This document shows, in pieces, positions 53,834-64,000 of a stretch of DNA of 64,000 bases; position 1 is the stretch's first letter, and each line of letters starts with the position of its first letter. The notes beneath the pieces were generated by a model. The model saw only the letters and a program-made list of their open reading frames with translations, had not been told where the DNA came from and did no database searches. The position numbers were made by a program, and so were the translations under genes. The stretch is from Eukaryota sp. TZLM1-RC (lineage: Eukaryota > Protista > Metamonada: BaSk clade), in NCBI GenBank assembly GCA_040285825.1, contig JAUPSS010000007.1, positions 2,950,689 to 3,014,688 of the forward strand. The letters run 5' to 3'.

Positions 53834-56048
53834 AAAGGTTCCCTTTTGATGTTCATCTGATCAATGGTGAATCAAATTTTTATTTGAATCAACTTCAAAT
53901 CGAATTAGATAATTTGCCTAGTGATATCTGGATTCAGTGTTTTCCTCAAAATGTTCAAGAAATTCCCACCCGATCACTTCCAAATTTACGTTTTTGCTTG
54001 AAAAAGCTTCAGCACCATCTGGTTAAATTATATGAAGGCTTGGATTATGAAGTAAGACTTGGCTTGGCCAAAACTAAAAATCCCGCTTTCGGTAATTTTT
54101 TAAAGGATATTCGTGATAAGTCAGCTGCTGCTTTAGTAACTCAAGTTCCCTCTGTTTATGGACTTTTGTTAAAAAAACAATGAATGGCTTCTAAACATGC
54201 GTTTTCGTTGTTTTCTGTGGCCAAACAATTTGCCCAATCATTTAACTTGTAAATGTGGTAAACCTCTTTTGTTTACTCATCTTTTGAACTGTAAACAATT
54301 CATTACGTTTAGAAGCAAAGTGCATAATAACGTCAGGGACCAAATTTATGTAATGTGCAAATCATATCGAGTAGATTCTTTTTAGAACCGCTGTTATCAA
54401 AATTAATTCTTGATGATCCCAATATTGATAGTACGCGTTACAACAGAGCTTCTATGGGTCTGACTAGAGGTGATCTAGTTGTTCCTGGTTTAAATGGTAG
54501 TTTTACTATTTTGGACGCCATGTCTATTGACCCTTGTAATTCCTCTAACGAACATCTCATTAACTCGGATGTAAATAATCCTCTTTTTGCAGGCGAAAAA
54601 TATAAAATTGCTAAATATGCGAAACCCATTTCCTCGGTTAATGAAAATTCTCATGCCTAATATAATTTATGTCCATTTGTTTTTTCTTTGCTTGGATCTC
54701 TAGGTAAGGCTGCTATGGCTTTCCTTGAGGATTTTGTTGTCTCTGAAAACATTGCGGCGGAATACAAAGAAATTGGATTAGCTTTGAACCCATCTAAATG
54801 TCTCTTGATTGGTAGAGAAAAACAATCTTTGATGATTGGTGGAGCTCAGATTCTTTTTATCAATTATGACCAACAAGCTTTTAAGTTTCTTGGATGTTGG
54901 CTTGGCAATTTGGATGAAATTTATTCCCAGTTAAACAATTTATTGGAGAAGTTTGACAAGGATCTTAGTTTTATTGCTGAATGTGACATTGAGAAACACA
55001 TCAAATTTTTTTATTTTAAAATTTGTTATTCTGGAAAATTCACTCATATTTTAAGGTCAACTCCCCTTCGGTATCTCTCAATTTTTGCAGATCTTTTAAC
55101 AAACTTCGAGTCAAATTTTTTTATTAGAAGTAAATGAATCTTTAATTCGAAGTCATGTATTTTGTTCAGCAGATTTGGGTGGAATTGGATTCACCAAATC
55201 TTCGATTCTGTGTAAAGCAGCATTTTTGGGAGGTGGTAAAAATTTTGTTTTTGAATTTTTCCAAAGGTTCCCTTTTGATGTTCATCTGATCAATGGTGAA
55301 TCAAATTTTTATTTGAATCAACTTCAAATCGAATTAGATAATTTGCCTAGTGATATCTGGATTCAGTGTTTTCCTCAAAATGTTCAAGAAATTCCCACCC
55401 GATCACTTCCAAATTTACGTTTTTGTTTGAAAAAGCTTCAGCACCATCTGGTTAAATTATATGAAGGCTTGGATTATGAAGTAAGACTTGGCTTGGCCAA
55501 AACTAAAAATCCCGCTTTCGGTAATTTTTTAAAGGATATTCGTGATAGTTCAGCTGCTGCTTTAGTAACTCAAGTTCCCTCTGTTTATGGACTTTTGTTA
55601 AAAGACAATGAATGGCTTCTAAACATGCGTTTTCGTTGTTTTCTGTGGCCAAACAATTTGCCCAATCATTTAACTTGTAAATGTGGTAAACCTCTTTTGT
55701 TTACTCATCTTTTGAACTGTAAACATTTCATTACGTTTAGAAGCAAAGTGCATAATAACGTCAGGGACCAAATTTATGTAATGTGCAAATCATATCGAGT
55801 AGATTCCTTTTTAGAACCGCTGTTATCAAAATTAATTCTCGATGATCCCAATATTGATAGTACGCGTTACAACAGAGCTTCTATGGGTCTGCCTAGAGGT
55901 GATCTAGTTGTTCCTGGTTTAAATGGTAGTTTTACTATTTTGGACGCCATGTCTATTGACCCTTGTAATTCCTCTAACGAACATTACATTAACTCGGATG
56001 TAAATAATCCTCTTCTTACAGGCGAAAAATATAAAATTGCTAAATATG
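53834..56048 (+). mobile_element. Family B segments (paralog of 30610-33564 without the C insertion)
   Basis: ORFs 53809-54660, 54688-55137 and 55175-56074. Confidence 0.88.
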
Positions 56049-56193
56049 TTTTTTTTAATTTAATTTTATTCTAAACCTATAAATCAACATCTAAAAAATC
56101 CATCTCTCCCAAAACAAAAACACTAGATGCAACTCTCTCATAGTGAGATCCAAGAGAAAGCAAAGCATCAGAAACCATCTTCAACATCCCCTT

Positions 56194-57640
56194 TGAAGAA
56201 GAATTGATGGTTCTTTCAGATTTAAATATTGAAAAACATCTTAAATTTTTCTTCCTCAGAATTTGTTATTCAGGGAAATTTACTCATATTTTACGATCAA
56301 CATCACCATCTATTTCTCTCGAATTTTGCAGAATTTTTAATGAATTAAGAACAAAATTTTTGGCTAATTTGCTCGATATTGATTCTTCTTTTTACGTAGT
56401 CATATTTTTTTGTAGCACAGAATTGGGAGGCCTGGATTTTCACAAATCAAAATATTTGTGTAAAGCCGCATTCATCGGTGGAGGAAAAAAATTTCGTTTT
56501 TGAATTTTTGAAACGTTTTCCTGAAAACCAGCATTTGATAGAATGTTGTGTTAGTGACTATTTAGTGTCCTTGCAGAGTGAAATTGAATGCATCTCTCCT
56601 CACATATGGTCCAAATGCTTTCCTGCTGATATTCAAGAAATTCCACCCAGGAGTTTGATTTCCTTGAAATTTGCATATGCTAAATTGCAGAAAAAGATAT
56701 TAAAAGTTTTTGAAAACTTGGATTTCACTGTTCGTCTTAGCTTGGCTAAAGAAAAGAATCCCGTTTTTGCAAACTTTTTAATTGACCTCAAGGATAGTAG
56801 CTCAAGTTGTCTTATTTCCCAGATTCCAAATGTATATGGTCTATTATTAAATGATCATCAATGGACAACTGCCTTCAGGATGAGGTGTTTCCTGTGGCCA
56901 TGTAGTGTGCCAAATGATTTGATTTGTCGTTGTGGTCAGCTCATTAATCTGAATCATTTATTTAATTGCAAATTTAATATTACATATCGCTCAGTTGTTC
57001 ACGATGCTGTTAGAGACCAACTATACGCTATGTGCAAAAGCCATCACATTGAAGCTTTTGTTGAACCACTTGTGCGAAGGTTGTCATCTGAAAATGAAAA
57101 TGAAAATACTTTTGGGAAACGCCGTGCTGATTTAATTACCCCTGCGTCTGATGGTGTTATTAAAGTTGTTGATGTTGTCACTGTTGATGTTTGTAAAGAC
57201 TCAGCAATTGACTTTGCTAAAAGAGATGAAACTCCACTTTGCTTTGCTGAAAAGAGCAAAATCAAAAAGTACAATGAACCCTTATCTCAGCTAGGACGTG
57301 TTGAGCATGTTAAGTATCAGTTGGTTCCATTTGCTGTTTCTCTTTTTGGTAACATTGGAATATCTGGCATTAAATTTCTTGAAGGTTTCAGAAGTTTAAT
57401 AAAAGAAAGAGCAGGAAAAGAATTGAACTTCAATTTCTGGCACAATAGAATTGTTTTCAGTATTCTTAAAGCAATTCCAGAAATGTTGACCAAAGTACTG
57501 TTACAATTAGGAATAGAGTATGAAAATCGCGCGCTTAAAAGATTTGATGATGTTGATGCGTGTATTGAGGATATTGAGTTCTAGTTTTTTGTTTAATGTT
57601 TTGTTAGCGTTGAAAATAAATTTATCCTATTTTAAAAAAA
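56194..57640 (+). mobile_element. Family E element within A(-) (56049-58421), intact C-terminus
   Basis: ORF 56478-57584 ends DDVDACIEDIEF; same TSD as the copy at 33711. Confidence 0.9.
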
Positions 57641-58421
57641 AACATCCCCTTAAAAATAGAAAACACAATTCTATTTTGCCAAAACAATCTGTTGAAATTT
57701 CTGCCAGTTCTTCTCTTTACAATCATTTCAAAATCATCCAAAAAACGTAAAGCAGTTGGTGCAAGTGAACCAAAAGGGAAAATACAAATGGATACAAATT
57801 GTATTTTGCATGCTGTAGACTGGCCAATTTGGACAAAGGTTCATTGTATTTTTTGAATTTAAAATTTTCAGCATTTGAAAGGGGATTATGAATTTCAGAA
57901 TTAACAAGCCTTTCATTTGAGGCATTACAAGGATCAACAGACATTACATCCAATAAAATGAAGCTTCCATCTAATCCAGGTAATATGACATCACCTCTAT
58001 TATTCTTATGAAAATCATTTTCAGCATCAAACAAATTTGACAACAGAGGTTCCAAGAAGGATTCAATTCTATGAGATTTACACATACAATATAACTGGTC
58101 TCTTACAGCATCATGAACCTTGCTTCTAAAAGTAATAAAATGTTTACAATTTAACAAATGAGTAGTTGTTGTAATTTCTCGAGAACATTTACAAATTAAA
58201 TTATGAGGTAAATTATCAGGCCAGATAAAGGAACGAAATCTCATATTCAGAGTCCAAGCAGAATCTGATAAGAGAGTACCATAAACTTGTGGAATTGTTG
58301 TTACTAAGGCAGAAGAAGTACTGTCACACATATCTTGTAAAAGATTTGCAAAAGCGGGATTCTTTTTCTTGGCCAAGCCAAGTCTAACATCAAAATCCAA
58401 GCTTTCAAAAATCTTTGACAA

Positions 58422-61400
58422 GAATTCCAAAAAAATGTGAAAATTATCAAAATCCATCTACTTCTTATTCTGTAACTGCCGCTGCTGCTGAATTAAATAA
58501 TTTAGAATTTAATTTACCTCCCAAACATGAGTGCACTGCAGAAGACAATGATGCAGTGATGTTAGACATTTGTAGTGAAGCAGGTCAAATTGATAATTGT
58601 GCTATTTGTAAAGAAAAAGCTGAAAGATATATTTTAAAAAATAATTTATATGTATGCCATGTTTGCTCCTCACTTGATACACTACGGCCTCCATGTAAGA
58701 TTCCGAATGTTCTTAGTCCCAAGGCTTCCATTCCCTTTTCTGTTGCGTTTAGAACATTCAGTCTTGCTTTGAAAAAGGAGAATGGGATGTTTTTTTCTAT
58801 TTGGAAATTCTTCCTTGAACAAAAATCAGGTTCTCGTCCCCAAAAGGTTTTCACTCCAAAAAAACAACCCAAGAATAAGACTGTACGAAAACTTTTGCTA
58901 CGTGGGAGATATGGTTCAGGGAAAAACGCTCTGTTTTCATCTGATCTTGCTCCTGTGACTGATGAAACTGTAAATCAATTAGTAGATCTGCATCCAGCTG
59001 AATTTCTTAATTTGGATAATCCATCTGCTTCACAATTTTGGAAACAAAATCCACTTTCTGAAAAAGAAGTTGAAACTGCCATTTTTCGTCTTCCATCTGG
59101 AAAAGCTCCAGGTCCATCTGGAATAACTTTTGATATGCTGAAATCTGTGTGCCGCCAAAATTCCTTTATTATTAAAGATTTATGTTCCTTTTTTCAAGAT
59201 GTTTTGACAATGAAAATTGTTCCACCCAAAAGAATTAAGTGCATCACGGTTAGTGGCTTTAACTAAACCTAATGGAAAAGTTCGCCCAATTGCTATAGGT
59301 GAAGCCATTTATCGCCTGATGTCTTCAGTAATTTTTAACCGAGTTTCAACAAAAGCTAAAGAATACTTTTCTCCATTCCAATATGGAATCAAAACCATAG
59401 ATGGAGCTTCAGTTGCGGCTTTGACATCTGATCTTTTTTTCAATTGTCACGAAAATAGTTGCATTTTTAATCTTGATTTCAAAAATGCTTTCAATTCAGT
59501 GAAAAGAGATTCAATTTGGAAAGAAATCAAATCAAATTTTCCTGAACTCGAAACCTTTTTTTATAGGTTTTATGGTAATTCATCTGATTTAATTTTTAAT
59601 TCTTATAATCTTGATTCTTTATCAGGAGTTAAACAAGGAGACCCTTTAGGTCCTTTCTTTTTTTGTCTTGCAATTCACCCAATTTTGAAAAAATTAAAAG
59701 AAGAAAATTCTGACCTTCAAGTGGTAGCCTACATGGATGACATTTCTTGTATTGGTCCAGAAAGTACAATTAATAGGGTTGCTAATGAAGCTGCTACATT
59801 ATACCAATCCATAGGTCTTGAGTTGAATGTTCAAAAATGTTTTTGTATTTCTAGGAAAAATGTTTTTTTTTATTTTTTTAAAAAAACTGGAATATTTATT
59901 GAGATAAAAATAACCATCTAGAATTCAATATCCTCCAAACAAGCGTCACTATTACTGAACCTACTCACAGCATTACGTTCATATTCTACACCAATAGCTA
60001 AAAGTGCCTTTGAAATCATTGTTGGAATAGACTTGAAAATGCAAAAAACAATTCTATTTAACCAGAAAGTGGAGTTCATTGTTTTACCAGACCTATTCAG
60101 TAACACTTTTTTAAAATTTTCCAAAAAGTGCAAGCCTGAAGGTCCAATATTGCCAAAAAGAGAAATTGCAAACGGCACAAACTGATATTTCACATGTTCC
60201 ACTCTACCTAACTGTGCCAAAGGTTCTTCATATATTTTTATCTTCTTATTTTCGGCGTCAGATAACGGCGAGTCAGCGGAATACACTAAACGAGCAGCAG
60301 AATTTTTGCAAACATCCACTGAGACAACGTCTACAACATTGAGAACACCATCGATCCCTGGAGCTACTAAATCTGCCCTTCTTTTACCAAAGGAATCATC
60401 AGTTTGATCTGAAGACAGCTTACGTACTAGTGGCTCGATAAATGCCTCTATATTGAAACTTTTGCACATGGCATATAATTGATCACGAACTGAGTCATGA
60501 ACAAGTGAGCGATAAGTTATGAAATACTTACAGTTTAAAATATGGGAAAGCGTAACAACACTCTTGCAGCGACAAATTAAATCATTTGGCAATGAACAAG
60601 GCCATAGAAAACATCTCAATCTCATTGCAGTGGTCCATTGGTGATCATTAAGTAGAAGGCCGTAAATGTTGGGAATTTGGGAGATTAAGCAAATTGAGCA
60701 ACTGTCTTCAAGATCAATCAAAAAGTTTGCAAAAACGGGATTTTTTTCCTTAGCCAAGCTAAGACGTACAATATAATCCAAGTTTTCTAAAACTTTCAAA
60801 ATTTTTTCTGCAATTTTGCAAAAAGTCAATGGTAAGGAGAGCAAGCTTCTTGAAGGAAGTTCCACAATATCAGAGGGGAAACATTTAGCCCAAATATTGG
60901 GTGAAAGAGTTTCAATTTCCTGTTGCAAAGAAATAAGATAGGAGCTGCCACAATTTTCAATGAGATGAATTTTTTCAGGAAAACGATTCACAAATTCATA
61001 AATAAAATTCTTTCCACCTCCAATAAAAGCAGCTTTACAAAGGTAGCTTGACTTATGAAAATCAACACCACCAAAATTTGTACCACAAAAAATGTGAAGA
61101 AAAATGTAAAGTTAATAATTAATTCCCTTGAAGTTCCATATATTGATTATACTTCAACTAGTTTCTGCTTTCTTGGTTGCTATTTAGGTTCCGCCGAAAA
61201 AAACACTTGATAGCCTTGAAAATTATTTAAATTCAATTAAAAAGAGCTAGAAGTCATAAAGACTCTTGAATTGGAAAAACATCTTAAGTTTTTTTCTTTT
61301 GAAAATTTGTTATGCTGGAAAAATTACACATTTACTGAGATCATTACCTCCATCCCTAACTTACAATTTTTGTAGACAATTTAACAAAATACGTACCCAA

Positions 61401-62669
61401 TTTTTGGCTTATTTAATTTCTGTTGATCCATCAATTTTGAAAAATCATATTTTTCTGATGTTCAACTTGGCGGTGTTGGATTCAATTCATCAAAATATTT
61501 GACCAAAGCTGCATTTATTGGTGGTGGAAAAATTTTGTATTTGAATTCTCCAGAAGATATCCTTTTGCCGAAAATCTTCTTGAAACTACAAATAGCCTAT
61601 TCCTCGATAACTTAAGAGAAGAAATTTCCAGTTTATCTCCGGACTTATGGCAATCATGTTTCCCCATATCCATTCAAGAAATTCCAGACAGAAGTTTGTA
61701 TTCATTAAAATTTGCGTTGAAAAAGCTCCAACGACATCTTTTGAAAAAAATTTGAAAGAAAGGATTTTATTGTTCGACTTAGCACGGCTAAGAAAGAAAA
61801 TCCTGCTTTTGCCAATTTTTTGATTGATTTGAAGGACAGTTCATCTGCAGTTTTGATAAATCAAATTCCCCAGATTTATGGTCTATTTTTGAATGACGAC
61901 CAATGGACCACTGCTATGAGAATGCGTTGTTATTTATGGCCTTGTAATTTGCCCAATGATTTGTTTTGCAAATGTGGAGCTGGTTTGACATTATCACATT
62001 TATTTAATTGTAATAGATTTATTTCCTATCGTTCTACGTTGCATGATGCAGTCAGAGATCAAATCCATGCAATGTGTAATTCCTATCATATTGAATCTTT
62101 TGTAGAACCTTTGTTGAGGTCTCTTGATATAAATGAAAGCGTAAGAGATTCAGAATATGGAAAACGACATGCTGATGTTGTTGTGCCCTCGTTTGATGAT
62201 GTCATGAATGTTGTTGATGTCGTAACAGTGGCTGTTTGCAAGAAAAATGCCTTGAAAAATGCTCAATCCGAAGTATCCCCCCTTGATGACTCCGAATTGT
62301 ACAAACGGAAAAAGTATGCAAATCCTTTAAAAGAATTGAAACATGTTCGCCATGTAGATTACCAAATTTGCCCATTTGCTATATCGTTGTATGGTCGTCT
62401 TGGAAAAACTGCTATGAATTTTATTGATGATTTTGAAAATCTTGTGAAAAGAAGAATGAATAAGCGTTTTGATCGTCGCTTGTGGCTAAATCGTATTGTT
62501 TTTACTATTTTCAAATCAATTCCCAAAATGATTTCGAAAGCTTTGATGTCTGTCAGTGCACATTACGAAGAAATTGCTGTTGTGAGGTTTGATGGTGTGG
62601 AAGCTTGTTTTGAAGATATTGACTTTTAGACTGTAGTTTAATAATAAATTAAAATTTTTCAAAAAAAAA
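58422..62669 (+). mobile_element. Family C long element (paralog of 38327-41969) interrupted by F
   Basis: ORFs 58415-59266, 59217-59921, 61266-61502 and 61820-62629. Confidence 0.9.
59864..61098 (-). mobile_element. Family F 5'-truncated insertion in C
   Basis: ORF 59918-60991; TSD GAAAAATGT at 59855-59863 and 61099-61107; empty site at about 40404. Confidence 0.9.
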
Positions 62670-63623
62670 ACAATTCCGCAAGTATATGGTACTCTCTTAT
62701 CCGATTCTGCTTGGACTCTGAATATGAGATTTCGTTCCTTTATCTGGCCTGATAATTTACCTCATAATTTAATTTGTAAATGTTCTCGAGAAATTACAAC
62801 TACTCATTTGTTAAATTGTAAACATTTTATTACTTTTAGAAGCAAGGTTCATGATGCTGTAAGAGACCAGTTATATTGTATGTGTAAATCTCATAGAATT
62901 GAATCCTTCTTGGAACCTCTGTTGTCAAATCTGTTTGATGCTGAAAATGATTTTCATAAGAATAATAGAGGTGATGTCATATTACCTGGATTAGATGGAA
63001 GCTTTATTTTATTGGATGTAATGTCTGTTGATTTTTGTAATGCCTCAAATGAAAGGCTTGTTAATTCTGAAATTCATAATCCCCTTTCAAATGCTGAAAA
63101 TTTTAAATTCAAAAAATACAATGAACCTTTGTCCAAATTGGCCAGTCTACAGCATGCAAAATACAATTTGTATCCATTTGTATTTTCCCTTTTTGGTTCA
63201 CTTGCACCAACTGCTTTACGTTTTTTGGATGATTTTGAAATGATTGTAAAGAGAAGAACTGGCAGAAATTTCAACAGATTGTTTTGGCAAAATAGAATTG
63301 TGTTTTCTATTTTTAAGGGGATGTTGAAGATGGTTTCTGATGCTTTGCTTTCTCTTGGATCTCACTATGAGAGAGTTGCATCTAGTGTTTTTGTTTTGGG
63401 AGAGATGGATTTTTTTAGATGTTGATTTATAGGTTTAGAATAAAATTAAATTTTAAAAAAAAAGTTTTCTATTTTTAAGGGGATGTTGAAGATGGTTTCT
63501 GATGCTTTGCTTTCTCTTGGATCTCACTATGAGAGAGTTGCATCTAGTGTTTTTGTTTTGGGAGAGATGGATTTTTTTAGATGTTGATTTATAGGTTTAG
63601 AATAAAATTAATTTTTTAAAAAA
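62670..63623 (+). mobile_element. Two head-to-tail 5'-truncated family A copies (62670-~63462; ~63463-63623)
   Basis: ORF 62724-63425; each begins right after the previous poly(A), with no individual TSD. Confidence 0.88.
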
Positions 63624-64000
63624 GATTCTTTCCCATAAAAATGGTAGAAAAAACTTAATAGCTCAGGAAAATCAGATTTAATAACTTCAAAAATTGCTGC
63701 TCGCTTTACAGAATTAAAAGCATTTTTAAAGTCGAGATTAAAAATAAAATTATTTTCCTCTGCATTAAAAAAGGTATCAGAGGCAATAGCAGCAACAGAA
63801 GCACCATCAATTGTTTTGATTCCAAATTGATGAGGATTCAAAAATGTAGAAGCTTTGTCTTTGACACGATCGAAGACAATTGATGCTAGCAAACGAGAAA
63901 GAGATTCACCAACAGCAATTGGGCGTATTCCATCAGGTTTGATTCCGTTTCCAGGCTTTACTAAAGCAATCAGACGTGCTGCGAGTAATTCAAATGGAGT

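Larger units (their letters stand above)
44314..62669 (+). repeat. Paralog of ~24130-41969 (about 10.7-kb shared core after removing private insertions)
   Basis: Shared junctions: 27240/~47810, 30610/53834, 31515/~54740, 33565/56049, 33711/56194, 35121/57641, 38327/58422. Confidence 0.92.
44312..63623 (+). mobile_element. 19.3-kb composite insertion bounded by a 13-bp TSD
   Basis: GATTCTTTCCCAT at 44299-44311 and 63624-63636; the host A(-) sequence resumes exactly; the unit ends in an A-family A-tail. Confidence 0.8.
33565..64000 (-). mobile_element. One family A(-) element dispersed over more than 30 kb by nested insertions
   Basis: Colinear pieces 33565-33710, 35121-35164, 37577-38326, 41970-42849, 44149-44311 and 63624-64000, each break marked by a TSD. 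Confidence 0.85.

Noticed and set aside
819-63274. Recurrent small antisense or off-frame ORFs (e.g. MKFLPVLL..., MILVMPQM...)
   Set aside because: Shadows of the repeated element ORFs with no independent coding evidence
9000-63430. Programmed frameshifts
   Set aside because: Indels fall in homopolymers and vary between copies, consistent with long-read error or decay
1-64000. Bacterial RT systems (group II intron, retron, DGR, CRISPR-RT)
   Set aside because: Poly(A) tails, TSDs, 5' truncation and the RLE domain indicate eukaryotic non-LTR elements; no repeat-spacer array is present

Overview
AT-rich, apparently eukaryotic DNA with no recognisable host gene. Essentially all 64 kb is a deeply nested, mixed-orientation cluster of single-ORF non-LTR retrotransposons carrying a reverse transcriptase (QGDPLGP, AYMDD) and a C-terminal CCHC finger plus restriction-like endonuclease (CRE-like). 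Seven families can be separated; the labels are mine. Six are named by C-terminus (A ...FLDVDL, B ...FEDVEF, C ...FEDIDF, D ...VEEILV, E ...IEDIEF, F ...LEDIEF); G is an older RT fragment. About 20 insertions have readable 9-15 bp target-site duplications (TSDs), often with the empty site visible elsewhere in the window, so the insertion order can be reconstructed. Highlights: (1) a 19.3-kb TSD-bounded unit (44312-63623) containing a ~10.7-kb copy of the upstream array that ends exactly at a poly(A) tail, which suggests RNA-mediated duplication with template jumping; (2) a tRNA-like A/B-box head co-inserted with a family A element and supplying an in-frame ATG; (3) RLE elements with no fixed target sequence that pile into one another and share a conserved acidic-hydrophobic C-terminal peptide; (4) near-intact full-length A and B copies. 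The host organism and chromosomal context (centromere, subtelomere or heterochromatin) cannot be determined from this window.
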